A stretch of 64,000 nt of DNA from Anthoceros angustus (lineage: Eukaryota > Plantae > Anthocerotophyta), in NCBI GenBank assembly GCA_010909165.1, contig VJWM01000019.1:248001-312000 (forward strand), written 5' to 3'. Both the position numbers and the translations under genes were made by a program. Below the pieces are notes generated by a model. The model was not told where the DNA came from, made no database searches, and worked only from the letters and a program-made list of their open reading frames with translations. Numbering within the stretch: position 1 is the first letter of the stretch; each line of letters starts with the position of its first letter. Shown here piece by piece: positions 50,431 through 63,677 of the stretch.

Positions 50431-52710
50431 TTGTGCTTGCCTGACAATACTCCACCAACCAAGACGATTCCACTCTATTGGCAGAATGCAACCCAGCCCT
50501 CCACTACACTCCTGTCCCTCCCCTGTGCCGAGGAGAAGGCCTTTCCGCTCCCCACTTCCTCCCGGAATCGCTTCTCTCGTCTACCCACTTCCCAGACTCC
50601 AAGCCCAGCCTCACTCAGCTGCCCATTGGCGACGAAGCGTGCAAGCCGGGCTCGCTTCCGACAGCTGCGAGCTGGGAGACTGTTCCCAGGCCTCCTGCAC
50701 TGCACCCAGCAGGCTACAGGAGGAGCTGGGGGAGCAGGGGCATCGAGCGAGGCGCCCCGAGAATTAGCAATGCTGTGCTACAGACAGGGCGGGTGGGGGT
50801 TGGAGCACGGGAGCACTGGAGCGGGACGTCGCCATCGCTGGTGTTGCTGCAACAGCTCTGCTGTGCGTGGTAACCACTCAACGCGGAACAGTAAAACCGG
50901 GGGTGGTGTGACTGTGTGAGGGTGAAATGTAAATCCAGCCCAGCAGCGCGGAACTGGAACTGGGACTGGGTCTGAGAGACTGGGAGTCCAGTCGGGGTCA
51001 AGGACTGTCCTCGCCCCAACTCACGCTGCCTGATGTCAGGGTTGTCGGAGGCAGAGTCCCGGATTCGTGGTTACGGGAGCTCCTGTCATGCAAAAGGAGT
51101 GACACATGTTCATTGTTGGTGCAGGACAACCCAGACGCCCACAGGCTCAGGGGTGCTAGTGACAGTGCCGGCAGTTTGGGCGGGAGTGGGGACGGTGGGG
51201 ATTGCAAGTGGAGGACATAGCAGCTCTAGAGCAAACGGCGTTATGCACTTGCAGTCACCACGAGAGATGGGCTTTCTCGTGTCAGCTTCTCCTCTCATGA
51301 GCAGCAGCTGGCTACAATTTTGCAGACTGCGAAACCAGCTTCTTCCGGACATGGGTGTGGAATGACATATCCATGGTGGGACTGGTGGCGGTCACCAGCA
51401 GCTCGAGCTGCATCCTCTCGGCTTCAGACGACTTGATGTTGCACATGTGGAAGCAAGGGCATATATACATACACACATTCATATGCGTGGATATCTTCCC
51501 ACAAGCTGGTTGCCTTGAGGCTAGTACTATTCCTGTGAGAAGACCTGGGACTTTGAGACATGTCTCTCGACAGCCTACAAAGATCCCGTCCATAGTTTGG
51601 GTTCTTCATCCTAGAGAACTACGACACTGCTCCATCCCGCGTGCTGTGCTGTTCGAAATTTAGGGTTTAAGGATCGAGGAGGATATGCAGTCGATCGCCA
51701 TGCATATCTCGTCAGAAGCTTCAGGGCCACCGACACCGATGGGCTTCAGGTGCTGTACGTAAGGCCAAGGCCAGAGAGAATCGTGCATGTGTACATGTAT
51801 GTAGAATTACACATCATACCACAAAACACGAGACAGACAGTAGATAGTGTAGAGACATACTCACTATATACATACATGCTGATCTGCTGCCGCACCGCTA
51901 ACACTGGCCGGTAAAATGGAGGTTGCTTCTGTGAAGGATTTGACCAGATCGTAACCCGAAGCCCGGAATTGAAGGCAGCAATTGCCAAATCGTTAAAGCC
52001 GCCAGCAGTGAGCCACCAACCCTTAACAGATGGAGACCGTGACAGTGGCACAGAGCTCGAGTGACGATGATTCAGAATCTTCAATGCGATGCCGTGTTTC
52101 ACGTGACCACTGCCTTCATCACCCGGGCTGCATGAACTTGCCCTCGTGTTCCAGTCGTGAAGCTACAGTCTTCGAGGTACTGGAGTGGATCAGTAGGTGA
52201 GACGAGTGGGGTAGCTTTCAAGCGTCCTGGGTCACCGCGTCATCAAAGTAGTGGTGCCATCGATGGCTGGGATCAGATTTGTACCAGTCTGCTTGTGTCA
52301 GCGAAGCAGTCCTGTCTTCAAGTGTTGGGTTCTCCTCCTGAGCTCCTCTTGCGCTTGCGCTTGGGCTCGCGGGCTGCTGTAACAAATTTCAAGCATAGAC
52401 TTCAGTCCATTTGGGTGTGCGTGTTAGTAGGTGGTAGCAGTCTAATAAGAAAGAGGGTGGCAGGCAGATTGATGAGAGCTAAGAAATGCAATCTGGGCGG
52501 CGGTGCATACTCACTCACGTTCCGTAACGAGCTGCGGTCAACGCCCAGCGATTCCGGGTGGTGATGGTAGCACCGTGCGTCTGTGTGGCTGATTGTAAAT
52601 CTTCAGACCTACCAAATTCAGGTTGGAGTGTTGGAGTGGGAGGTGATGGTGGGCTCTGTGGGTGCTGCTGTGTGAGGGTCCTCAAGCTCCGTGTTCTTGT
52701 ACAGTTGGCG

Positions 52711-54312
52711 ATGGCTGCGTTAGGGAGATCCAGAAAGATGGTTATGCTGAGAAGCATCAGCTTTAACATGCGCAAGTGCTCAGACGTGGTGATACGAGTG
52801 ACTGCTCCGGACAGATCACGCAAGACAGGTGACGGGAGTTACCAGGTCTGCGATGACGTTTCCACAACCTTCACTAGACTCTCCGAGGAGGGAGGCCATG
52901 TGCTGTTGGAGATTCCGATGCACACAGAAATTTTGATGCAGCAGTCTGGGTATTTCAACTCTTTCCTTTCTGAGAGATGGAAGGCAGGTGCCATGGTGGA
53001 TGATTGTTCGGGAACTCAGTCGGGAAGCAGGCCTAGGCCTGTTTTCTCCTTGAGGTGAGAAACTGCATATTTTTTCTTTCTTGCAAATACTGCGGTGTGC
53101 TGAACGTGACCTTGCACCACACAAACCTTGGTTGACACTCTCCAACCGTCTACTTCTCTGTGCAGTTGTCTTACTAATGTCCACCACTCCACGTACGAGA
53201 AGTGCTTCAAGTTGATGTATCAAGCACACCATGAGAAAGCCTCGACCTTGGAGTCCACAGCTTTTCCTCCCACAACCCTACTGCAAGTCCGATTCAAAGA
53301 TGTGTCACAGGCCTTGCAAGTCTTGCAACTTTCTGCCCATTTCCTGTTCACTTCAGGCGTGTGTGCTGCACTGTCTTACCTTCAAGCAGTGCCTTGGACC
53401 GCCGAGGAGCGGGACTCCCTGTCTTATCTTCTGTTATCGTTGGATCTCTCCTCCTTGGAGCCCGCCCTGTTGGAAGACCTGTGGGCCCGTGTGAACGATG
53501 TGTCTGCGTGCAGCAACCTGAGCATTCGGACACTTGTGCTTGGGGAGTGGGAGAAAATCTTCGTGGACTGGAAGCAGAGACTGCAGAACATGCAGAACAT
53601 CTGCGTCATCCAGCGGAGTCATTCCCCCAGCAGCAACAGCGGGCTCCCCTCACCGGATGAAACAAGGGCATTCTGCAACAGATCAATCTGGCTGTTCGAG
53701 AGGGCAATCGACCTGCACGTGGGCCACAAGGCCTTGGCTGTCATGACCTTAGACAAGATAGAATTTTCCTCCTTTCTGGTTGGCAACGTGTTCCAGAAAT
53801 GGCCAGGGACATCCCAGCCCCTTCAACTGCGAGCCTCGGCAGTGGTTGTCGCCTTCTTCCTTGTCCTGCTGCGCTTGCTGGAGGCTCTGGAGCGAGGAGA
53901 AGTGATCAGTGACTGTGACAATCGATGCAAATTTGTGTGCAAGTGGTTCACAGTCATTGCACACATTTTTGACAGGAAGGTGTCTTGCTCTTCAGAGGAC
54001 AGGAACCACTTCGGAAAGCCTAGTGTCTGCCAAGTTCAGATGTACGTCAACAGCCATCGTCTCTTCCCTGAATTTCCCAACCCCAGGTATGTGGACAACC
54101 TAGTTAACTGCAAGGTGGATCCCAAGCAGGCTATCACCGACGCTTTGGAAGCTGTCCTCAGAAGCTTGAGACCCATGGACCAGCAGAAAATTCTGAGCTT
54201 GTGGATACAATCCGACATACTTCTCAACAACAGGTCAGCTCCCATATTGGACTTGGAGAGCAGCTTCAAAGACTTCTGCGAGATCACAAACCAGAGCAGT
54301 TCTGCTCCATGA
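52711..54312 (+). CDS. BTB/POZ domain protein (At3g05675/At3g50780-like family), two coding exons (intron 53055-53165)
   Basis: FNMRKCSDVVIRV; HTEILMQQSGYFNSFLSERW; YEKCFKLMY; VSQALQVLQLSAHFLFTSGVCAALSYLQAVPWTAEE; C-terminal LRPMDQQKILSLW. The GT-AG intron joins the two ORFs in frame. Confidence 0.85.
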
Positions 54313-54625
54313 CTTGGAACTCGTCACTCCTTGTACAGGTGGACAATGTACATGTATTTGGCTAAGTCTTGTTAAATATGTATCTAGGAAGAGGGATAAG
54401 ACGGGGTAAACATACTCTGTCGTCCGTCCTCCTGCAGACTCAGCCCTGGCAGGGAAGTGAGTTCTCTTCGTAGAGGATTATCCCCTGGTACACAAGGGAG
54501 GAGTCATCGTAGATGATTATGCCCTGATACAAAAGTGAGTATTCTCCAGGCTTTGCCTAACTGCAATACAGCAGGTTAATGACCCGATTCAGCACGTTAA
54601 TAACCAGACTCCTGATAAAAGACCT

Positions 54626-54860
54626 GCAACGGGGTTGTAAATAGCAAAACGGGTTGCAAATAGCACGACGCGGTTGCAAATAGCATAGCGGGGCTGCAAA
54701 TAGCATAACGGGGCTGCAAATAGCATAACCGGGCTGCAAATAGCACGACGGGGTTGCAAATAGAATAACGGGGTTGCAAATAGTATAACGGGCCTGCAAA
54801 TAGTGCAACGGGGTTACAAATAGCGTAACGGGGCTGCAAATAGTACCACGGGGTTGCACA
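54626..54860. repeat. 20-bp minisatellite, ~12 copies, consensus AACGGGG(T/C)TGCAAATAGCAT
   Basis: Directly visible periodic units with no unique spacers. Confidence 0.92.
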
Positions 54861-55879
54861 CGAAGATTGACCACCAAGGAATACCAATGTAGTTCACTTG
54901 CGATTGGGGCAGATGTCTATGAAAAACATCAAAATATCAAACACACACACACACATAAGGATCGTGGCTATGCAGCACTCCAATGACACTCCAATCATGA
55001 ACGCTTCTCAAGAAACATGGCTAGCGGGACTAATGCACGGCATGAATACTCCAAAGCATGGTCAGAAAACATGGGAAGCGGGACATTCCGCATACATTGT
55101 AACAAGGCAATGTGCCAAGAAGCAAGCCTCTTGCACAGCAATATTCTATTCAATTCTTGTCTCTCTCTTTATACACATAGTGACATGGAAACCAAGTTGT
55201 AGTCATTCTTGTGCAACTCTTGGTATACAGAGTGGCACACGGAAACCAAGTTACAACCATTCTTGTGTCCTCTTTATACATAGAGTGGCATGGATTACAA
55301 TTTGAAGGAGGCATTTCTCCTACCATCCTCACATCCCTTATCTCCTATCTAGTATCCTATAAGGCATGACTTCCAAGGCTACCCTTCAGCTCCATGCTTA
55401 AGGCTCTGTTTTAGCATAACTTCACATTCCACTTAATAGTCTACTGATTAAGTTAAGAGCTCGATTTTCTTCGTAGTGGGGCAACTACTCCAAAATTGTT
55501 CCTTTCTTCTTTGTACATAGTGGCCCAATGACATTACACATAAATTCCTAAAGCCGGTGCCGAGAATTAAAGTTTGGTTATCTGCATGACAATCGGAATA
55601 CTTACGCTACAACAACTTTATTTATATCCGCTAAGGGAGAAAAGTCCAGCATAGGATAGAGATACTTCAATGTGAAAGAGGCAAAAAATAGAGTAGACAT
55701 ATGTACGTCTGAACTATAGAGACATTAATTAATTGAGATAAGAGATAAAACGCAAAAGTTATCAGAGATGAAAAAGAGGCAAAAGCTATAAAGAGTCCAA
55801 CCAGGTTTGCCCATGATCAAGAAGGTCAGAACGACAAAGGCCAGAGAGCTCAAAGATATGAAAAAAAAAAAATCTACGT

Positions 55880-56400
55880 AAGGAAAAAAACCAGCACACT
55901 CAAGAAGAAGGGTGTATCCACTTGAATGTCAGCATGAGCAGGACAATACAATAGGAAATGCATTTCACATTCAGAGTCCAGGAAGCAGAGCTTGCAAATA
56001 TGTTCTTTCTGAGGAGGCACAAACGGTCGGTCTCAATTCGGAGGTAATGGGAACTAACACGGAATTGACCAATGAGTGTTTGGAGTTTGAAGGAGAGAGG
56101 AGAACTAAGGTAGCGTGGAAGTGCTGAAAACTAGAAGGAGGATTGACACGAAACTCCTCCTTGTAAGAATGGAGTCTAAGCTTGAGAGGAGGGCGAATGA
56201 AATAGGTGACCAAGTGAGACGAAGTATCTCAATTTGAGGTCTTTCTAAATGAGGTGGTTGGAGGGAAGGTTAGAGAGGGAAAGCTGAGAGTAGGGAGTTG
56301 GTCAAGCCGAGAGTCTAAAAGGTTCAAACTCGAACCTTTTAAGCCAATCGGCATCTTGGAAGAGCGAGCAAAAAGAGGCTATGAACCACTACAGCAAATA
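55880..56400 (-). mobile_element. LINE ORF2 3' fragment (C-terminal Cys/His region)
   Basis: KLRLHSYKEEF...YLSSPLSFKLQTLIGQFRVSSHYLRIETDRL...ICKLC...ECEMHFLLYCP, frame-stitched; typical FRxSSHxLxIE / CxxC...HxxxxCP tail of non-LTR ORF2. Partly repeated at ~58140-58450. Confidence 0.75.
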
Positions 56401-57615
56401 AGAGACAGAAATAGTGAATAGGAAATAATGCAAAACATTATTGCAACTAGGTCAATCAACCATGTGTATTAGTAGAATTGCACGGACGAGGATTAAAAAC
56501 GACCAACAATTATCCACGGGAAAAGCCTCTTGACCCATAACAGGAGCAGCCTGAGAAGCACAAAACTTACAGATATTTCATAGCATGAGCAACCTTAAAA
56601 GTAGGAAACTTGTAGATATTTCAAAATATACATCAAAGTACCATATTGAGATTTTGATCAAGAGTAAGCATGCACAAGTGGCCTTGTAGGGCCATGAAGC
56701 TGGGGGATGAGTGGCACCCTATCCAGGCATTGATCCGTCCTTTGATCTAAGGACCCTGAACTTTGGAGTTCCAATGAACTTATGTCTGGATGCTACACCT
56801 TGAAGGAAGAACAAACATCTTCTTCTTATATTGCTATTGCAAGGGTGTAAGATGTTATTAATATATAAATTTGTTTCCCGGAGAGTACTCCTTGTCTTCA
56901 AAACCTGGAGGTGATCAACCTACGAGAGAGCGTATACCATATCCCACAATGGTTCGACGAAAATTATATTAAATTTTAATTTATAGAAATTGAAATAATG
57001 AGTGAACCTAGATGCCCAACTTACGAAAAAATAGTAGGACCGCTGTCAAACCAAGAGAATCGTGATCGGTAACATGCCAAAGGGTGTTGGGAGGTCGCGA
57101 GAAAGGCAACCGTGGAAGCTTTCCTTTCGGCGGTTTCGCTCAAACCCGAAACCTGGGCCCGGGCAAAACATCGGGACCTAGGTTCTGGCCCGGAAGCCGT
57201 AGACCTCGTTCGGTGCTTCACGAGCTCGTTCGGACCCTCACTTCCTCGCCGTAAGCTAATCCTCCCTGCAAAGTAAAGGCGCACTCCTCCCGAGTTGGTG
57301 GGCCCCATCGCCCCGGCCTCCCTTGTGGCATGACCGCCGTGCCATGTCCATAGGACCATGCACGCATCCGCTGTATGAGCGCATCCCGATCGTGATGGCA
57401 ACCCGCGGCTCCCGGCACCGGGTTGTATAACATGGAGAGTGCCATGGAATCCTTTTCAACCCCGGCTTAAGTTCCATTTCAAACTCAAAGCGAAGCGTGC
57501 CCTAATCACAAGTTTGCCAAAAGCCATGCCCGTAATCTCGTGCGCAGGTATGCTCCTTGCAATTCGTGTGTCGCGAACTGTCTTCGAAGTGCGTGAGTAC
57601 AGACGGGACAGTAGA

Positions 57616-58115
57616 ATGGCCATTGAAGATTACTCACATCCCTTGTGTCTGCAAGATTTTATCGACGAGGTCATGAAGGACAACCGTGTGCCTTTCAGCA
57701 ATGTCCCCCTTCGTGTGCAGGTGCTCGGATATAAAAGGACGGGATTCAAACTATACCAAGCTTGCCAAACTTGCAACACAACCTTGCGAAAGGGAAGTTG
57801 GTGCAAAAAATGCGGGAAGGATACTGTTGGTCAGCTTCTCTATCGATTGGAGATATTGGTTGCAGATTCTACAGCGCAGTACATGGCAATTGTGTTTAGG
57901 GGAGCTTAAGATCTGCTACGACTACACCCCAAAGAGTTCAGTAGGGAAGGAGAGGCTTATCTTAGATTACATGGTAGGAAAGCACTTCAATTGCATGTTC
58001 TCGCTCCAAGCACCTAGTGATAGGCACGCGGCTTCCTTGATCGTTGACCAGGCAGATGCGCCCTTCATCCGTGTTGTTTCTAGATCGCCATGGGATTCAC
58101 TTGTAACTCTGGCGT
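57616..58115 (+). pseudogene. Stand-alone RPA70 C-terminal-like OB fold with C4 zinc ribbon, copy 1 (stop/frameshift)
   Basis: YQACQTCNTTL...WCKKC...YRLEILVADSTAQYMAIVF...LL matches the Rep_fac-A_C pattern Y-x-A-C-x-x-C...C-x-x-C...Y-x-L...D-x-T...F. Confidence 0.75.
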
Positions 58116-59629
58116 GAGTGTGTTGCACACTCCTTACCAATGAGTGTTTGGAGTTTGAAGGAGAGAGGAGAACTAAGGTAGCGTGAAGTGCTGAAAACTA
58201 GAAGGAGGATTGACACGAAACTCCTAAGAATGGAGTCTAAGCTTGAGAGGAGGGCGAATGAAATAGGTGACCAAGTGAGACGTAAGTATCTCAATTTGAG
58301 GTCTTTCTAAATGAGGTGGTTGGAGGGAAGGTTAGAGAGGAAATGAGAGTAGGAGTTGGTCAAGCCGAGAGTCTAAAAGGTTCAAACTCGAACCTTTTAA
58401 GCCAATCGCATCTTGAAGAGCGAGCAAAAAGAGGCTATGAACCACTACAAGAAATAAGAGATGAATAGTGAATAGGAAATAATGCAAAACATTATTGCAA
58501 CTAGGTCAATCAACCATGTGTATTAGTAGAATTGCACGGACGAGGATTAAAAACGACCAACAATTATCCACGGAAAAGCCTCTTGACCCATAACAGAGCA
58601 TGAGAAGCACAAACTTATGTATATTTCATAGCATGAGCAACCTTAAAAGTAGGAAACTTGTAGATATTTCAAAATATACATCAAAGTACCATATTGAGAT
58701 TTTGATCAAGAGTAAGATGCACAAGTGGCCTTGTAGGGCCATGAAGCTGGGATGAGTGGCACCCTATCCGTGCATTGATCCGTCCTTGATCTAAGGACTC
58801 AACTTTGGAGTTCCAATGAACTTATGTCCGGATGCTACACCTTGAAGGAAGAACAAACATCTTCTTCTTATATTGCTATTGCAAGGGTGTAAGATGTTAT
58901 TAATATATAAATTTGTTTCCCGGAGAGTACTCCTTGTCTTCAAAACCTGGAGGTGATCAACCTACGAGAGAGCGTATACCATATCCCACAATGGTTCGAC
59001 GAAAATTATATTAAATTTTAATTTATAGAAATTGAAATAATGAGTGAACCTAGATGCCCAACTTACGAAAAAAAATAGTAGGACCGTTGCCGAAACCAAG
59101 AGAATCGTGATCGGTAACATGCCAAAGGGTGTTGCGGGGAGGTCGCGAGAAAGGCAACCGTGGAAGCTTTCCTTTCGGCGGTTTCGCTCAAACCCGAAAC
59201 CTGGGCCCGGGCAAAACATCGGGACCTAGGTTCGCCCGAAGTCAGACCTGCTCGTGCTTCACGAGCTCGTTCGGACCCTCACTTCCTCGCCGTAAGCTAA
59301 TCCTCCCTGCAAAGTAAAGGCGCACTCCTCCCGAGTTGGTGGGCCCCATCGCCTCCCTTGTGGCATGACCGCCGTGCCATGTCCATAGGACCATGCACGA
59401 CGATCCGCGATGAGCGCATCCGTATACATGCGGCAACCCGCTCCCCAGACCGGGTTGTATAACATGGAGAGTGCCATGGAATCCTTTTCAACCCCGCTTA
59501 AGTTCCATTTCAAACTCAAAGCGGCGTGCCCTAATCACAAGTTTGCCAAAAGCCATGCTCAGAATTCGTATGCTCCTTGCACTGTGGTGTCGCGAATCGC
59601 TTCAAGTGCGTGAGTACGTGACAAAGAGA

Positions 59630-60130
59630 ATGGCCATTGAAGATTACTCACATCCCTTGTGTCTGCAAGATTTTATCGACGAGGTCATGAAGGACAACCG
59701 TGTGCCTTTCAGCAATGTCCCCCTTCGTGTGCAGGTGCTCGGATATAAAAGGACGGGATTCAAACTATACCAAGCTTGCCAAACTTGCAACACAACCTTG
59801 TGAAAGGGAAGTTGGTGCAAAAAATGCGGAAGGATACTGTTGGTCAGCTTCTCTATCGATTGGAGATATTGGTTGATTCTACAACAAAGACATGGCAATT
59901 AGGGAGCTTAAGATCTGCTACGACTACACCCCAAAGAGTTCAGTAGGGAAGGAGAGGCTTATCTTAGATTACATGGTAGGAAAGCACTTCAATTGCATGT
60001 TCTCGCTCCAAGCACCTAGTGATAGGCACGCGGCTTCCTTGATCGTTGACCAGGCAGATGCGCCCTTCATCCAGAAGTTGTTTCTAGACTGCTTAAGGGA
60101 TTCACTTGTAACTCTCCCGCGGCGTAGTGT
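59630..60130 (+). pseudogene. RPA70C-like OB/zinc ribbon ORF, copy 2
   Basis: Duplicate of 57616-58115 with different disruptions. Confidence 0.7.
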
Positions 60131-63007
60131 GTTGCACACTCCTTACCAGCCCAATGAGTATGATAACTGTGATTTAGGAAGCCAACACACTCAGTCGAGC
60201 AAGTCGGCAAGCCCATAGGACATTCCCACAGCTGCCATTGTGATTTTGTGCTCACTGTACGCAATTGGGGCATTGTTTTGCTTCTCCACCTCCGCTTTGG
60301 TGATTCTTAGTATCATGCTAGGGACTGTGGCCTTCATTCTCCTTATAATGTAGCATGGATTGCCCGCCAACTAAGATGTCAACTGTGGGTTTCGAGGAAC
60401 TGAAACAAAATTGCTATGGTTGAGCTCAAACAAAATTGTCACGTTTTGGCCAATACATCTGTATCCCGTTGCAACCCTACTACTAATTGGACAAAGTTCT
60501 TAGAGGTACTACAGGCAATTTCCATGTTTGAACTGCCGGAACTTCAATTTCTAATCTTGGGGCACTTCTCGCTTTTTCTCAACTAGCTCCCGTTTCCCAA
60601 AAGAGCCTTTTTCGTTTCAAAGAATTGTCTGTATGTGTCGGATCATGTTCCAGGATTGGTGTTCGATGCAACTGGTGAAGGTCAAGATCAGCTCCCAAAC
60701 CTTCGACCTAGGTGTCTTGCTAAGTGTCCCATCATAGCAGTAACATGGTTTTCTAACTGAGGCCACTTATGGACCATTCATGTAATCTTTGCCCAGCTAG
60801 CGTCCATGGACCGCACACCCTTTTTTGGGCACCGTACTTGGGGCACGTCTTCGAAAACATTTACTGTAGGCTCCTCATAACATGGTGCTTGCATGATGTG
60901 ACTTGCCAAATTGACACTATCAGTTCCATGTTCCTTCGACATAATCATTAATTTGTGCCAAAGTATTTGTGTGGCCGTAATCCGGTTTAATATCAGCAAG
61001 ACCTTGAGTTGATGTTTGCACACAAATCGATTCAACCCTTGTTTGCAGTTGCAAGCAGCCCACTGACGTGAAACTGATGCTAGGAACTAACTCTTAGAAG
61101 CTAGGGCTTAGCAAGTAGGTTTTGTTAGCTTAGTTTAATCAGTTGGTACTGATAATTACTAAAATGCCCTTAAGCAGAAAGTCGGAAATAACCGCAAAAT
61201 GGCCAAGCTTGGGCGGTCTCCCTCTCACACGCGTGGAGAAAGCGGATGATCACTCCAATCCGGCGGGATGCGGCACCAAGAGTGTGGTGCCCTCGATCTC
61301 GCGCAAGGTGGTTGCAAGGCGGTTGCGAGCACAAGACCAAGGCGGCGGAAGGCGTTGTCGAAGTCCCTAGGAGGAACGCTATGAACACACGCAATTTTGT
61401 TGTTGTCGAATTTCTAGGTCAGAATGCAAAGACCTGTTGTGTGTATGCGCTGCTCAAAGATTGTGGCAATGTGTGTAATGTGCGTGTTCGGGACTTATCA
61501 GCTCTAGGCAGCCCGTGTAGGGCAGCCTTTAATTTTCTGGCAGGAAGTGAGCATCGGCACATGTGGTGCATCTCTGACAAGCGCGAGAAGCATTCAACTT
61601 GATTCTGCCTTGGCCTGGAGCAGGAGGAGTCTGCACTTACGGCTCAGCTTGACCCGCCTATGGGCTTGACGTGGTGTGCATTTTGCTAGGGTTTCGTGCA
61701 TGGTCGATTGCCGCAGGACTTGTTGGGTTTTACTCAAGGGTGCTGGGCGGTGCGGATTTTCCAGGCCAGCTGTGTGCCCGCGTCGCACAACTCAAGGCCC
61801 TCTCATAATTTTTGAGTCCTCCCATGTCTCAACCGCAGCAAGTTTCCACGGCCGTCCAGAGCTCATAGCGATCGCCACACGAGTCGGCTGCTTTCAATTT
61901 GCATACCATCTTGTTTGCCTCGTTGAGACGAATCCGTTGGTATCATTTTTGTCTACTTTCGAGTGAGAAACAGGGACTGAATGCCTGGAGAAGTTGATCA
62001 CTAAGGGTTTTAGTTGGGGAATTTGGCTATGCAGCCAACACTTCTCTTGCTGCGGGTAGGTGCTGGGTCTTGTACAGACGAGCACGAGGAGTGAGTCGCT
62101 GAACAGGCTGAGGATTCTCGCGTGTGAGTGAGGCATCGGTGAAAAAGCTTGAGGTCAGAGGGAGGATCCGAGTTGCGGCATTGGCGTGTTCGTGTTTGTG
62201 TTTCACACGATTCGCAGCTAAGGTTTTCCTCTGCGGTGACAATTGATGCTGGCTTCCTTGACTCACAGCGTCTTGATTACATGGGGCATGCCACCGGTGA
62301 AGAGGGAGATAGCCCAGTGCTGCGAGCGAGGGCGTGCGGCCGTGGTTTCGTGAGAAGGAGAAGGGCACCACGTCGGCATTTGTCCTTAGAGGACCTACCA
62401 GCGTAAGGAGCCCGGACAAGGATCCTTTGCACCAGTTAGGGTTAGGTCCCCACTTACACCTTGTGCGGTGACTCGATAAGGAGGAGCAGGGGCCAGTCTT
62501 GGGAGTGCACCGGAGGGCTGGGATTAGGCCTTTCCTCGTGGCTCGTCGGGTCCGCATTTATCATGTAAGACCCAGGCAAGAGGACCGTCTCGTGATTCGA
62601 CACGATGGAAGGAGGGCCAAATGGCGGTGAGAAATTCTCGGCGGGCCAGAACACAATCGTTGAGGGATTTTAGGCTGCGAGTCAATGAGGCAATTAGTAG
62701 GGTCAAGTTCAAACATGGGCCGCGATAACCACCTCTACATGTTCGAACATATCAAGATACATGGTCGATGAGGCCTGGATTTGTATGAAGCCCACCAAGC
62801 GGAGCCGACCTCAACTACGGCCGCCTCCAATCCATTATTCCAAGGGCACTGCAGATGGCCTACAATGCCAAGTCGGGTCAAGTGATGACCCACCAGCAGC
62901 CATATCTGCAGTCGCCACCCACCGTGATGCCTCCTCTCACGGCCACAGAGAGGACAATACCACGCAGGGATTGATGAATTCATACACACCCCAAATATGC
63001 CAACCCT

Positions 63008-63649
63008 GTGGAAGAGTTCATGAAGATCCTCGAGAAGGCTTTTCCACTCAAGACTCCCGAGAAGATTGCGGAGCTGGCAAGCTTTGCACGCCGGAAAGGG
63101 GAGACAGTCCAGATGTGTTTCGGTAGGCTGCAAAAGCTGCGAGATGGGACTGGCATGCTCACAGACCAAGAAGCAGCGGAGAAATTCCTCACAGCCCTTG
63201 AGGGTGATCAGCTGTTTCATTTCCAGCTGTTGTCCTCACTTGTGGATAAGTATGGCGATGCCTATACTTTGCAGCAGGTACATGAGGAAGCGGAGAAGAA
63301 AGAGATTGCTTACTCCGTCTTCTCCTCCAAGCATTCCAAGGCCTTCCACCATTATCAAGGCATGTTTTCAAGCAAGGGTGCTGCTGCCTCGGGGGGAACT
63401 TCTTCAAGGACTACACCAGCTAAGCCAGCCAAGGCGGGAGCAACAGCAGAAGTGACTGCAGCCGCTGCTACAGCTGTCACCATGTGCAACCATTGTGGCA
63501 GTCCTGAGCACATCTCACCGAATTGCAAGTGCCCACCGGAAGGCCTCTTTTGCACTCATTGTCAAAAGAATGGTCATGTGAGCACCGTGTGCTTTCAACT
63601 TCACCCCGAGAGGAGATACCAGTCGGCATCGGTGGAGATGCTACACTAG
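63008..63649 (+). CDS. Retroelement gag-like ORF with two CCHC zinc knuckles; probably extends upstream to ~62600 across frameshifts
   Basis: FARRKGETVQMCFGRLQKL resembles the gag major homology region; knuckles CNHCGSPEHISPNC and CTHCQKNGHVSTVC. Confidence 0.75.
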   Translation: MEEFMKILEKAFPLKTPEKIAELASFARRKGETVQMCFGRLQKLRDGTGMLTDQEAAEKFLTALEGDQLFHFQLLSSLVDKYGDAYTLQQVHEEAEKKEIAYSVFSSKHSKAFHHYQGMFSSKGAAASGGTSSRTTPAKPAKAGATAEVTAAAATAVTMCNHCGSPEHISPNCKCPPEGLFCTHCQKNGHVSTVCFQLHPERRYQSASVEMLH

Positions 63650-63677
63650 CATCAAGACAAGCAGGAGCAACTCCGCT

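Larger units (their letters stand above)
56067..60150. repeat. Imperfect tandem duplication, period ~2.07 kb
   Basis: accaatgagtgtttggagtttgaaggag at ~56068 and ~58136, with parallel downstream sequence. Confidence 0.92.

Noticed and set aside
50297-52564. Short ORFs between PIR and the BTB gene
   Set aside because: No recognisable domains, and they overlap on both strands; more likely UTR or promoter sequence.
54626-54860. CRISPR-like array
   Set aside because: Units are contiguous 20-mers with no unique spacers, there are no cas genes, and the context is eukaryotic.
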